DNA from: Selaginella moellendorffii
Taxonomy: Eukaryota; Plantae; Lycopodiophyta
DNA: 64,000 nucleotides
NCBI RefSeq assembly: GCF_000143415.4
Contig: NW_003314270.1
Span: 680,453-744,452, forward strand
Direction: 5' to 3'
Under the pieces are notes generated by a model that saw nothing but the letters and a program-made list of their open reading frames with translations, had not been told where the DNA came from and made no database searches. Numbering within the stretch: the stretch's first letter is position 1; every line of letters begins with the position of its first letter. Of this stretch, positions 37,148 through 50,480 are shown one piece after another. Made by a program: the position numbers and the translations under genes.

Positions 37148-37329
37148 TGCACCAGCAATTGCCTCCCACCCGCAAAAAGAAATGTAAAAGATTGTAACAG
37201 ATTCTGGTTTAACTTGGAATATTTGTTTAACTTGGCAACCCTCTGCAAACAGAACGCGAACGCATTGGCGAACACCCGTTTGCGAACAAGGGTTTTATAA
37301 ATCAAACACGTTTTCCGGTAAGTATGTTC

Positions 37330-38380
37330 AAAGATCCAGAGAGGAGTCAGCCTCAAGGAAAAAGTCATGAATCTTTTATTACGAACTCTCGGAGGTGACA
37401 AGAAAAAGGGGGAGCTCCCAACAAAAAGAGTTACCTCCGGAAAAAAAAAAAGCGTAAGCGAACTTACCCAGGAAGTAAGAGTAGTTTACAAGCTTAGTAG
37501 TTTACAAGCTTTTACCCGTACACTCCTCGGTGGTGGTTGTAGCATGCAAATCTTGTTGGAAAGAAGTTAACGCATCCAGAAGCATGTTGAAGCTTTAAAA
37601 AAACATAGTTAGACTTTTAAAAGGAAAAATAGAAGCTTACCGATCACGTTGCAAACCAAGCATTAAGTGGGAAAAGATATTGAAGAGATGCAGCCATACA
37701 AGATTTCTCAGCACTCCCTGGTTCAACTTATCCTTCTTGATCTTCTCATTGTGGATTGCAATGCCCAAGAATTTCTGGAAATGCAGCTCTCAGACACCAA
37801 AAGAAATGCAATAAAATACCTTGAACAAACTCCCAATCCGTTCCTTCTGAAGCAGTCGCTCCTCGTAGGTGTGGACAGGCAAAGGAGGTGTCCTAGCTGC
37901 TACTTGCTCTCTGAACTATAGAGTTGGTGGCGGCGGTGATGGAGGAGGCGGCGACAGCGGCGGTGGAGGTGGGGGCGGCGACAGCGGCAGTGGAGGCGGC
38001 CCCTATGGCACTATAACACATAGGGATTGAAAGAAAGAAAGAAAGAGAGGGAAATGAAAGAACCTTTGTAGATCCTGCAATGGGGCCGCCAGAGATGCAA
38101 AGAAAGAAAGATTCAAGAAATGTTTGAAATGATCGGAATGGAACGCTTACGCTTGTACAAGTGGTTTATCAGAGATTGTGGATTCTCCTTAGCATTTGAG
38201 CACAAGGAAGAATTGCGAAATTGTGCTAACTCTCTTCTGCCTCATCATCATTGTCAGTATCCATCCACATTCCACATTCCCATGAGGATCAATAGGACAA
38301 ACGAGAGAACAACCACGAACACAACACCATGAATCACTCACATTGTGCTTCTCTCTCTTGCCTCTCTCAATCAAACATAT
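37330..38380 (-). pseudogene. Inverted, mutated copy of 52755-53812 (small Pro-rich gene plus 3' flank)
   Basis: Colinear reverse-complement match over ~1.05 kb; ATG at 38343 is followed immediately by TGA (CGA in the other copy). Confidence 0.9.
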
Positions 38381-38559
38381 ATATTAACTAGCTGGGATCC
38401 CAGTTAGTATACCAAAAGAATAATAGATTGGTTACATTTTTTATTACATTCATGAATAATCACAAAATTTGAGCTATAGTTATATGGTGAGTGTGAATCA
38501 TTAGATTACATGCAAAAAGTAGCTATATATCAAAAAAAAATCCTCCAAAAATTCTTTCA

Positions 38560-39100
38560 CACATGTCTTATTTATATTTTTCCCATAATATTTTGGGTTC
38601 TATAAGCTCACAAAACAAACACATTATACTAAATAAGTAACAGATTTTTACTGGCATTTGAATTATTATAGCTTCTACAAGACATCTATCCCATTCTATA
38701 TCATCTTGTAATAATCCCATTTCACATACAACAAATTTATATATATCATATACATTTCCATTCAAGCATTTTAGTTCATCAAAACTCTATGCACCTCTAT
38801 TATATAGTAATAAGACACGTAAGTAAAACCATTCACTATTTCGTGAGGGTACTGTATACATTCTACCAATTATTTTTGTAAATAATTGTCTTTTCATCCA
38901 CTTCTTTATGGAAGTGTTCCAAACATAGTTCTCTGGAATTTCTTTCTAAGTATATTTTCTAGCATCTGTATCCTATTTATTTAACTCAAATTATTCAGTT
39001 AGTTTGGTCCGTTTTCCTTTCTCTAGGGCTATTTTTTCTTCACTTTCATTAAAGTAAATACTTTGCAAATTTGGAAGATGTACATCTAATCTTTCAATAC
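38560..39100 (-). mobile_element. Helitron Rep/helicase fragment
   Basis: IIGRMYTVPSRNSEWFYLRVLLL...SFDELK and CEMGLLQDDIEWDRCLVEA...LFSIMCLFCELIEPKILWEKYK, typical of the RepHel linker. Confidence 0.85.
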
Positions 39101-39764
39101 TACATTCAATTTCAGGTCTTAAATAATATTAAATCTACACAAATTGAACAAATTTTTTTCTATATAGGGAAAGAAACTGAGCATACAGACAAGGATAAAA
39201 TAGAAGATTATAAAGAAGATAAACTAACAAAAAAGAGCACATTACTAAAAACAATCTTTTGTATTGTGTAGATAAAGAAGAAACAACTGATAATCTAGAA
39301 GAACATAAAAAAGGTGAGGCTGTGTAATAAAGACGTTGTGAAACTTTAATAATATTGAATTATCTAGACAATTCTGAAGAGAAAGAGGAATTTCACATCA
39401 AAGGTTACTCTCACAACAAAAAAGTTAATTGAATATATTGATATCACAAAACAATAGCCTGTAATGTAACAGGCATACGAGAAATACCTTTGATACAAAA
39501 TGCCTCAAGAACTATTTTTGGTATGTAGTTTTAAATTACAAAATTGTACAATTAAAATATTTCTTCTCAAGAAAAACAAAAAATGAATTGATATCTCAAA
39601 AAGTTGATAAGGAATTATATCATGATTGATGAATCAAAATCAACAATAGAGTTTTGATCCGAGCAGGTAAAAATAAGAGAGCTCTAAGTCTTACTCAAAG
39701 TGCCATAAAAATTCCGTCAGGTGAGTTTAGAAAGGCACATATTTCTTTTGTTCTCTAAAATACA

Positions 39765-40322
39765 GATGTCACAGTTAGAAAAGCAAGAAACATGGAAATT
39801 GAAGAAGCAATAGCTATACGAAATATCAACGAGAGCACAAATATACTTATGTTTGCGGGCTACACTTTGAATGGATATGGGCTTAGCAATAGCCATAAAC
39901 CAAATAGAGGCCAGTGTTTAAGAGTTGACATGACGGATTTCATGGGAGAAGAGACAATATAGATGTTTTATGACATTGTAGAAAATAGAGCACAACAATT
40001 TGCAAAAGGCAAATGGCTGAAATTATTTGGATTTGAAATTTTCCCCACTGATCCTAGATATGGTAGAGGCACATGGAATTTTACATTGAAGATTACCAAC
40101 CAAACTGTGATCCAGGAATTCAATCATATAGTGCCACAACTTCGTCTGTCTGTACCAACTGTCAGCATTGCAAACTTTATGGAGACATGTAGAGGCCGAG
40201 AATTTGTAGGTTTTGTTAATAATGTTGTAGTGAGCATCAATGATATAGACTACAACAGTGGTCAACTCACAATAGCAGACAACATCAACAAGTCTGATAT
40301 GATTATAGTAAGTTCAATATAG
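39765..40322 (+). pseudogene. RPA70-like OB-fold fragment, probably Helitron-borne
   Basis: CLRVDMTDFMGEETI*MFYDIV...FAKGKWLKLFGFEIFPTDPRY...FTLKITNQTVIQE resembles an OB fold; adjacent to the Helitron fragment. Confidence 0.5.
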
Positions 40323-40379
40323 CATGTGAATTCCTGACAATCAAAGAGTTGATGAATGAATTTTTTTCTGGAACTCCAC

Positions 40380-42600
40380 CAACAAAATGTTTCATTAATT
40401 TACAAGGAAACGGTTATTTCAAGAGAGCAAATGTCTCCAAAAACTCTAGGAAAGTCTCTTCTAACTTGCTCTTCCAGCGTTGCTCTTCAAAGCTCCTGAG
40501 CACCTGTGGCAAAATTAGAAAACCAAAACGAAGAGGCTATAAGTGGCTTATCTCATCAGTAAGAGAGCTCGTAAGTTCTTCACGCCCTCAACTGGAAGAA
40601 TCTCCTCCTTTCTTCGAAATGGCATTTGGAGCAGAGATCATTCTTTATGCCATACTTGGGGACTTTGTCATCACCAAAGTTGCTTTGCAATAGGCTCTCG
40701 GAATTTAGAAGCATGAGTTGACAACCCCTGTTGAGTCAGGAGTGGACTTGTACATGTCCATGGCTGCAACACTTGCAAGCTGATGCCGGTTGGCACTTAT
40801 GGCGAGAGCTAAAACAGCAGTAGTGATCTTGTCCAGGAGGGTGCCGAGAGCTGGTCAAGAGTGATTGGCAACTGTTGTCGCAGCCTGGAAATCTAGTGAG
40901 CCCAATTGTGCACAAGAACTACCAACTCAAGGCTTTTATATAGATCTGCTCTTGACAACTCATTCTTCAACTCATTTGTATGACAGGTCCTGCATGGAAA
41001 CAATGGTAAACCAATCAAAGCCAAGTAAGGAAGAAACTTTTACCTGCAAGTTAATACCTGCCACATCTATGTATTTGATACCGCATGAAATGCCTTCACA
41101 CCATGTCTGAAAAACTGTCGGCATTAGTGTTCATACTAATGCTACCACCCTGGCCCATCAGCGCATTATATAGAGATGTCTTTCTAGCACCCTGACGTGC
41201 CACTTGATAAATAACATAAGTGAAAAGAATAAAAAACTACTTGATTTACCTCCAATCCCAGAAGTCGTGCCTGTCTTAGACACACTCTTTGAAGACGGCA
41301 CAAAGTCAGTGCTACTCTAGATCTAGCTACTCTTGTGGAGATGATACAACAGGTTGTAGGGGTAAGGCATTGTCCTCCTTGGATAGATGACGCAATGTCT
41401 TCTTCATGAGCCATGGAACAAGAACACAACCGGCATGTGGCTCAGAATTGAAGACCAATTTTGCTGCACTACCTACGCTGTCACCTCTAGCAAAACTTTC
41501 CACTGGCAAGTCAAAGTGCGGGTCTCCAAGGCCAAAGCAAGATTGCAAAACACAACATTTCAAGGCTACTCAATCCTCAGTTATATTACCTGGTAGAGTT
41601 TCCTCCAAGAATCTCCTTGCAACTGAAGTGGTCCTTGGGATCCACAATGCCCTTCATTGTGTTCATGCCGGTCTGCCAATGGCTCCATAGACAGTAGCTC
41701 GAAACCACATGATGTGTGCATGCCAGAAGAGAGTTCACATGTGGGAATCCATAGCCTTGCTTGAGAGGATACTGCGTGACATATGCTGGGCCATTGAACC
41801 AGGGGTTTCTAAATTGCCGAATTCCATGTACCTTCATGCATTTTTTAATATTTCATAAAGTTTCAATAGTGCTATCAAAACTTAGTGGTCGCTAGCGTGC
41901 AAACTGCAAGCTGCCCTTCATCCCCAACCTGCACTTTCCCTGTTCCAACTTAAAACAAGGCTTTTGTGGCTCCTGCAAGGAAACAAACAGCCTGTCAAAC
42001 ACACTTGAGGAGAGTTACTTACCTCCTAAGCCTGATCAGCTGCTGATGGTGAATGCACCTCTTGGCTCTTTTCAATCTAGGCATATGCACCTCACTGTCC
42101 TCAGCAAACAAAAGGTTCTGGAATGTTGTAGTGTGGAGCGCTGAGCACATGCGAACCAGCCAGTTCTCACCTCTATAGGATGATCCTTTTGACAGCAGAA
42201 TAGTACGCAATGGCCAGCTCAATCCAGGGCACTGGAATTTGAAGACATCACAGCCAATTCTTGGAGATCTTCCCCATCTACAAGAACAAACAATGGAGGT
42301 TGAAGTGGAATCCAGTAAAGCTTACCTTCCATGTACCAACTTATAGCATGGCAGGAGAGTCCCACAACCAAGTTGTGGTCATCATGGGATCAAGCAGTCG
42401 CCACTCCCCATCACCTGCTCTAGATTTGACACAAACACATCCAGCCAAAACCTGGGACTCGATGTCTCTAACACAGGAATGCCACCTGTTTACTCCTCCC
42501 ATTTTCTCCTTGTCCTCATTCCAGATGAAGGCCCAGCATCCATGCTCTTTTTGCAGTGATGCTCCTCTCGCCCCATGTTTGTGGTCCTGGTCATCATAAT
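40380..42600 (-). mobile_element. Probable KDZ (Kyakuja-Dileera-Zisupton) transposase relic
   Basis: Ordered degenerate motifs on the minus strand: FQCPG (42237-42223), FQNLLFAEDSEV (42123-42088), DEGQLAVC (41922-41899), WHAH (41725-41714), HWQTG (41681-41667); many frameshifts; one short GT-AG intron at ~42022-41973. Confidence 0.45.
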
Positions 42601-42719
42601 TGCATAATTCAAATGTAAAGAAACCCTAAAGAAACCCTAAATATATGTAAAAGAAATAAATTTGAAAACATTGAAACTTGAAATTCAAATTTCAAACACA
42701 CAAACGGCGGTGATCACAC

Positions 42720-43830
42720 TTCCTCTTCTTCATCATTAACATTTGATCCCATCTCTGCCTCATCATCACAAACATCTTCCATTTTAACATGCAGCTCTGC
42801 TTCAATCTCCTCAAGTGTTTCCTGCATCAAAAGAATTCTGATCCACTAAGGCTCAACCTTTATTTCATCCGCATTCACCTCCAGAAGCCTCATCTCATGT
42901 GTTTCGATCTCCTTGAGCAACTTCAAGTTGCTGTAGCAGAAGATAAGCTTCTTCATGGTCTTCGCAAGCAAACGAGCTCACCTCTTTGTCTGCACAATGC
43001 TCCAAATGCTCCAATTTCACTCAGAGGCTGAAGCTGATACAATCTGGCTGAGAACACGCACAACAATCTTTTGAAGTTCCGGCAATGCTGATCCATATTC
43101 TATCCACCAGCTCACTGGATGGAGCCACATTTTTTGATGTTTAGCAATTGCACGAGACATCTCTTGTGGTGCAGCTTCCCTGAAACTCCAATATTGGAAA
43201 GTGAGCTTCTAAAGCAGCTCATAGTTCTCAGCTTTAGCCACCAGCTCAAAGTAATTGTGAAGATCACTCTTTGCCTCTGAATCTTCTGGCAAGCTCAACC
43301 AAAGAGGATTCAAACAATGAGCAGCACTTTGGAGCATAGAGTGGAGCATTTTCCATCAGTTTTTACTTTGCAGCTGGAGATTCACTGGGTCAAGCTCTTC
43401 CGTTCTCAACTCAAAGATGAAATGCTTGATGGCGTTGATCCTCTCTTCAGCAACCATCTTGTTCACAGCCAAAACCTGAAGAGCCTCTTGAGCTCAATCC
43501 ATCTCCTTAAACAGAAGCCCTGAGGTTGCTCCTTCTCGATCTGCCAGCTTCAGAACTTGCAAAATTGGTTCCATCACTAGCAAAACCTCAGCACAACAAT
43601 GCCAAAAACTGCCATTCTGAATCAAGACTTTCACTACTGAAGCTTCGCTCAACTTATCCCACTTTTGGTACCATACATCTAATACCACAAACTGTTGCAA
43701 AGCTTTGAGCATGCCTGGTTCAGTCAAAGAGCTCATCACCATGAAGCTGTATGCAAATCTAGTTGACGCTGGTTTGATGGGGTCTCGAGGGGCAATTTTC
43801 CGGAATGCTGTAACTAGATTCCATTATGTC
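42720..43830 (-). mobile_element. hAT transposase, C-terminal half (dimerisation domain), disrupted
   Basis: IKPASTRFAYSF, FWHCCAEVLLVMEPILQVLKLAD, AAHCLNP, PVSWWIEYGSALPELQKIVVRVLSQIVSASASE*NWS. Confidence 0.88.
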
Positions 43831-45983
43831 TGCAAAATTTATGATATGTAAGCAGGGTTTAAAATTTGTGTTAGAGCTTATGGATGTGATATTTTTCAGT
43901 GTATGAGCTAAACCAACATGCCCAAGCACAAAGAATCACTATAAAATGCAAAAAATATATGCATGTAATTAGGAACATGAGAAAACAATGGAAACAATGA
44001 TTTACTTCAGCTATAGCAAAATCCACATATTTGGAAAAAAAAAAACCACTAATGCCCTAAACATGCAAAAAATGGCTTTGCACTCGTCTCTGTGTTCTAA
44101 TCAATTGCACTCACCTCTATGCCAATTAATTACTACATAGATTAAGGTATCATGCTGCACATAAGCCACAAAAAATGAGAAGCACTTGTAAGAGGTATCA
44201 AAGCACTGTGCTTACATTAGTGCACATTGCAATTTAAATATGCCTCCAAGCCATGAAGAATGAGCATAACCACATGAAATGAGGAAAATGGAACATATAT
44301 AAAGGAGGAGAGAAATGATCATGATCATGAGATCATAAATCTCACTTAATAGCATAAAAATGAAATAAGAAAACACCTTTCTATATTTGTAGTGATGTCA
44401 TGTTATCTGAGATGATGTAGCATCAACCTTATGTGGTAATCATATCCCATAACATACACACAATCATATTTCATTTGCAAGCCCAAGAGCAATTGAAAAG
44501 TGATTGTGTGTATAATATTTTTGCATGCAACTCAAAACAAGAAATTAAATTTGCACATGGGTAAATATATAATGTAGAATCACATATATTCATTCCATAT
44601 AAACACCAAATGATATTCAATTTGTCATGTTCTATTTATATAATTTGTCACTAGCAAAGAATTTGGCCAATTTGTCTTGTGCATAATTTGACATAAACCA
44701 TTACTACATTGAATGTATATATGTATTTTAGGCTGTCTATACATTTTAAAAAGATCAGGGATCTTGTGTTTTTTCTTCTTCAGAGGAATAGAAAAGGCTA
44801 CAAGACCAGTTGGGTAGTGTTTAAAAATTCTTAATTGCAGGGATTTCTAGGTTGGTTGTTGTTGCAAGTCAAGAGTCTGCCAAAGCCTTTCTCGCATGAG
44901 TAACATTCTTAGTCATCTCTTTTTCACAAAAGTGTAACTTGTAGTTCTTCTTGCTTGATCATATTATGAGATTAATCTTTCATGTGATACCTCAAAGTTG
45001 AGACGGTTGTTGTTGATATTGACGGAAAACAAAAATACTTTTGCATTAGGATAGATCGTAGAGAATTTCTCCAAGCTGTGTAGCACAGACAAAACAGGAA
45101 CAAGAAATGAGAAACAAAATCAACAGTTTATCACTTTTTATATCCTACTTACAGAAACCTAGGCTACAACCCCTCCATCATACTATCAATAAAAATGTTT
45201 GTAGGCGTTTCTTCGCTTTGCACAAAGTCATTTCGCTCATTAATTGAAACACAGAACACATGAAAGCTCAAACGGTACAAAAACTTGCAAGTAATACTCA
45301 CGTTGCTGGAGTTCAAACTAGCCGTGATGATAACCATTTCGATACTTTTGGATAGGAAAGTATTGTTTGCCTAGCTTCATACTAGAAAAATCCTTGATTT
45401 CATTCATTGTGAAATATCAATTAAACTCCAGTGATTTAATCGTATGAAATTTTTTCACAAACGTTTCACAGCTGGAAGCGAGGCACTAGGAGCGAGGCAG
45501 CATCCAGGTATTGAAATCTACCTCCGATCCTATCTGATCTGATCCTATGGAGCTGTTCTACCCATGGCGCTGTCCTGGCCATGGCAACGCAGATCAGTCC
45601 TTAGCTGCCGCTTCATGCTCTGCGGGTATTGGAGCCCCGATCAAAACGCCAGGGATCTGCTGTCCTGACCATGTCCAAATATCTTGGTGCTGTCCCCATT
45701 TTTGGATTGATTTCTATGGTTTCTACGTCCAGGCAAGGAGAATCCAATGGATGCAATGCAGCAAGGAACTTGTTCACGGATTATAGCAGTACGATGGAGG
45801 TATTATAACACAGCTTTAAATATGTGATTGAGTTTTCTTCTTGTAGATGCTTTCTGCTTGCGTTCGTGCGAAGTACATGGAAAAACGATTAGAAGCTAGA
45901 CAGTTCTTTGAGGAAGGTATGTATTTTTGTTTTTCTTGTTGATTTCGATCTGTCTGATTTTACCTTTCTGTTTGTGGCGATAG

Positions 45984-46990
45984 GACCCAAGTTACTACGT
46001 GCTTAAGGAGGACGAGTCTCCTTGCATTTTTGGCCCGATTGAGAAGCAGTGATGGTCATATGTTTGTGCAAAGCAGCTTATTGAGCGTGTGATCTATGGT
46101 AAGCAAAGTTTCTGTTTGAAAGGAACTAAGTATGTGGGTGTGGTGTTTTATAATCTAGGGAGCAGAGAACGGCCTTCAATTCACAATCGTTCAACTGGAT
46201 TGGGCCACAGATGGATTTTATTCCCGGGATCGATGGGCCAAGCGAAGGCATACAAAGAGTTTTGGCTTGCTTCAGTACAATATGCAAGCCACCACATTTC
46301 TGTGGAGTCTAGCTGTTGGTGTTCTTTTTATGTGACGAATTACTTTATTACTTCCATGTAGAACTTGCTCAAGAGCGAGCCTATGAAGCTTGTCGATGGT
46401 GGACAATCACAACGGACGTTCGTGTACGTCAAGGATGCCATTGACACGGTGATGCGTATGGTGGTAAGTCTCTATGATGTTGGAATAAATCCAAATGTAG
46501 TCTAATCAGTTGGAACCACGACAAGAAAATCCACAACAAGAAAATGGTTACATGGGCAACCCAAACAACGAAGTGACAGTTAGAGAACTTAAGTGTTGTT
46601 TTGAAAACTTTCTTTCAGTTTCCCAGGCTTTATCTTCGTACTTCTTATTGGTGCCACACAGGTGTAAGTGGCAGACCGCAGCTGGATGAGCCCACAATCG
46701 ACATGAGCTCGAAAGAGTTTTACGGGGAGGGATATGATGACAGCGACAAGCGCATTCCAGACATGACGATCATCAAGAAACAACTGGGTAAGAGCCACGA
46801 TCGAGTGTTCTGGCTTTGTTCTAGTTTCCTTCGACCAATCGTGTCTAAACATCTCTCCCTCTCTCTCTCTTTGCTGTTTGCTCCAGAGTGGGAACCCTTG
46901 TTTGATCTCTTGGAATCGACACTGACTTATCAGCACAAGACTTATGCCCGAGCAATGCAGAAACCAGCAGCGAGTGGCACAAGCAGCAGA
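45984..46990 (+). pseudogene. AXS: UDP-apiose/UDP-xylose synthase, 3' half only
   Basis: DPSYYVLKEDESPCIFGPIEKQ*WSYVCAKQLIERVIY, PMKLVDGGQSQRTFVYVKDAI, SSKEFYGEGYDDSDKRIPDMTIIKKQLG, DLLESTLTYQHKTY; introns retained; in-frame stop and small deletions; no NAD-binding N-terminus. Confidence 0.92.
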
Positions 46991-47899
46991 AGTGAGCAGT
47001 GCAAGCGAGGACAAGAAGCTGGAGTGAAACACTGGATTTTTCAACGTGGCGACTGTGCTTTTGTTGTTGCAGAACAACGGAGTCGTTTGTGACTGTGCTT
47101 GCTTCAGCTCAACCAGCATTCATCGCAGCCAAACTATCTCTTCTGTTTCTGCCGATGCCACTGTGTACTCTGCTTCAGCAATCTATCAAGGTTTATGCCT
47201 ATACACCACCGAAATTACATTTTTTATTCTCCCAGCTGGAAGAACTGGCGATCAACAGATGCCTTGATGACAATGCTACCATGTGCAATATCAGGACCGA
47301 CCTTTAAAATTGCCAGCTCAGCTCTCTCCAATCCTCAAAATGAGGCAAGTGAGCTGACAAAGTTGATAGGAAAGTATTGTTTGCCTAGCTTCAGCTTAAC
47401 GTGTCAAGAACAAGAAACAAGAAACTTGTATATATCACCGACAAAACCTTTAACAAGCTTCAGCTCAACGTGTCAGTATAGACTAAGTTAATATCGTCAT
47501 CTGTTCCCATCCTTGCCTTTTCCGGGAGCCCTGGATCAAGAGATTGACGAGAAAGACGCAGCTATGGAAATTGCCTGACGCAAAGGACTTGTCACAGCCG
47601 TTCGAACATGGAGGAGTTATAACAGCGAGAGATGTGGCAGCAGCATTCAAGGCACAAAAGTGGCATCTGGTTGGTTCGGACGAGCAGGAGTCAAGTATCA
47701 CATGCCGTGGAAGTAACTCCAGCAAGCTCAAACAAAACTTTGTGGGTTGTACACGAATCAGACAAACTTAGTGCTGAACTCACGGCGCTGTTTCTCGAAT
47801 CTCATACCGCCAAAAAATCTCATAAAAAAGTTTATAAAGGAAAAGATATTGGTTTGAGTATAAAAGAACGAGGTCGGCTTGGCATGTTTAGGGTTTGAC

Positions 47900-48805
47900 A
47901 TGTTGCCAGACGACTTATTGAAGGAAATTATTTCAAGGGCTAGTGTTGTAAGGCTTGATGATCTAGGTACTTCGGCAATTGGCAAAGGGGGTTCTTCTGG
48001 AGAAGTCGAAGATCAGTCAAAAGACCAATCCTTTCAGAGGATGATAAAGCTTCCATGTCAGATATTAGGGCAGGCAGCAGTTCCATGCCCTACTGGAGAT
48101 CATAGCGACGAGTGGGAAGTTATGTGTTGCATGGAGGGGTTTGTGATAACGTATTGTAGAAAGCTTGGAGAAGCTCACTTGTTTAACCTTTCAAATGGAA
48201 CTAGTCATCCCATCACTTGGCTCACCAACTTTATGAACAATCTACAAATGGTGTACCTCAGAAATAATATCTACGTTGCTGCTGATTTCAAGTTGCAAAA
48301 ATATAACCCGCGGTTGGACAAATGGAGTTTGCAACAAAGACTTCCTTTAGGTTGCGAGTTGGAGAGGTTGTTTGTGTTGCAGGATGGGATTGTTGGGGTT
48401 TTTAAACGCGAAAGTTTTCCATGCGGAATTAAAACAGTAAAGCTAGAGTGGAGGTTTCTAGATTTGGACTACAAGGGTGTTAACAAGAAAGGGTGGAGGC
48501 CACCGTTTGCGACGGACGTTATTGAAGATGGTGTGATCCCGGGTATAACAACTTTAAACAACGTTGTGCTAGTAATGGTGAAGTGGTTCCGTGACACCAA
48601 CACGAATTGGCTCTTCTTTTGGAATGACAATGAATCTGATTGGGAATTTTTGGATGGAAAGCTGGAAGGCAATCCAGTAACCAAATTGGTTGCGGTTGGA
48701 GAGAATGAGCTTTATGCATATACTTCTCCAGGAGATTTGGTCTCAAAAATCAAAATACATTGGGATAAGAATGGCCATGTATCTAGTGTGGATTGGGAGA
48801 GTTAG
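47900..48805 (+). CDS. F-box-like protein with a kelch/beta-propeller-like C-terminus (F-box possibly truncated)
   Basis: ORF of about 300 codons starting FDMLPDDLLKEIISRA (F-box start); YNPRLDKWS and other kelch-like Trp motifs. Confidence 0.5.
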   Translation: MLPDDLLKEIISRASVVRLDDLGTSAIGKGGSSGEVEDQSKDQSFQRMIKLPCQILGQAAVPCPTGDHSDEWEVMCCMEGFVITYCRKLGEAHLFNLSNGTSHPITWLTNFMNNLQMVYLRNNIYVAADFKLQKYNPRLDKWSLQQRLPLGCELERLFVLQDGIVGVFKRESFPCGIKTVKLEWRFLDLDYKGVNKKGWRPPFATDVIEDGVIPGITTLNNVVLVMVKWFRDTNTNWLFFWNDNESDWEFLDGKLEGNPVTKLVAVGENELYAYTSPGDLVSKIKIHWDKNGHVSSVDWES

Positions 48806-49979
48806 AGACTTGGTCTCAAAAATGTTAATGGCGACAGTAGAAAATAAATGAATGAATAAAGAGAAATTTCATACCACGCCAGGTGCAGGCTGTGAAAGTG
48901 CACACAGCTCAACATTGTTATCGAAAGTGAGAAAGGCCAAGGCAGATTTCTTATGCTATTCCATTGAGGTTCGAAAGCCATTCGAAATCACTTGCTCAGG
49001 CTGTAGTTTTCCTTGTTGTGGTGCAGAGCTCTTCTCAATGGCGTCGACTCTTATCCATGCTATGTCATTCACTGCCAGGTTTTTGAATGACTGGAGTTGC
49101 GGAAGAACCCTGTAGAGCTAGACAGGCTCATTTAGACACGGGATTTATGGAGCCTGGTTTCGAAGGGGAGAGAGCTATGCAGCTGCCTTGCTCCACATCG
49201 CTGTAACTCTTGTAAGTAAAACGAAGTTGAGACAGTTGTTGTTGGGATTAACAGCGACGTAAGAGACCTTTATGTTTGGATAGATCGTGGACAAAAATGA
49301 CGTACACCTTGAGCCAAACTCTGCTCGTTTTATGCTTATGCCTTCATAAGATGGGCCAAGCTCATGGATGATCCTGCACCAAAATGGTTTTAGTGCAATG
49401 GGAAAGCCTCTGGGAGTAACATTTTGCACAAACGAAAAGATAGACTCAGCTTGCAAGCCATACCGACGGTACTGGAGTTCAATTCCATGTCATCAGCTTC
49501 TGGTTATACGTACTTTTCCCGCTCCTAGAAAGACATGAAAATAAAAAAATATCGCAATGGTGAGAATCCTGGCATTTGCTGTATATGTGGTATCATAACA
49601 GTGAAGAAGGCACCAATCTAAACCACACTCTGGGAAGATCCCCGGTGTGGATCACGACACTTAGTACTGTTTGTCCCATTTGAATTCCAAGAGACAACGC
49701 CAGCCTAGTGTCGACATCAGGCCCGACATGAAAATCTTTCAAGTCTTCGTTGTCCGGGCTGATCACCTTTCCCGAGATTCCACCTGGGAACAACAGGACC
49801 GAATGTCATCTGGTGTTTGTCAGAAAAGAAAAACATAGATAGGGTCACTCACTTGGTCGTCGTGGATTTGTAGTAACGGAGAATAATGACTGGCTGGAAC
49901 TCCCCATCAGAGCTTAGGAGAGGCACACAAAATGAAGAATGCTCTACCTCGTCGTTGCGCCAACGGACTTGAATCAGCT

Positions 49980-50480
49980 TACATAGCCCAGGCTCGATCA
50001 TCCTCGTGGAAACATGGTAGTGGTGGCCATTCAGTCATCAAGATGTTGTCTCTCATGGCCTGGAAAATCTTCATCGCCTCCTCAATCTTCCCTTGCTTGC
50101 CCATACCCGTGCAGCAAACACGAGAAAGTGCGCATAACCTCGGCCTTGACCATGCGCCTACACTGCACAATTAGACACGGGTTCACTCGGAAGCCAGGAA
50201 GAAAAGCAAAAGTGCTGGAAACGTAAGAAACTCATCGTGACGACATTGGGCTCCAGGTCCTGCTTCTTCAATTTTGAGAAGAACACCCGAGCTTCCTCCC
50301 TATGACACGGAGGCAACGCTGGCCTTGACGCCTCGAAGATACATCTCCTTGAGCTTTGTAATGCATCAAGATATTGTAGGTGACAGAAATCCACTTCTTC
50401 CTGTCCCGGTAACAAATCCAGCTTGCCTGAAATGGATGCTCACAGTTTGCAAGAGTAAGATGAACGCAGCAACGCACCTA
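49980..50480 (-). pseudogene. P-class PPR fragment
   Basis: GMGKQGKIEEAMKIFQAMRD, VTYNILM, EEARVFFSKLKKQDLEPNVVT in shifting frames. Confidence 0.75.
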
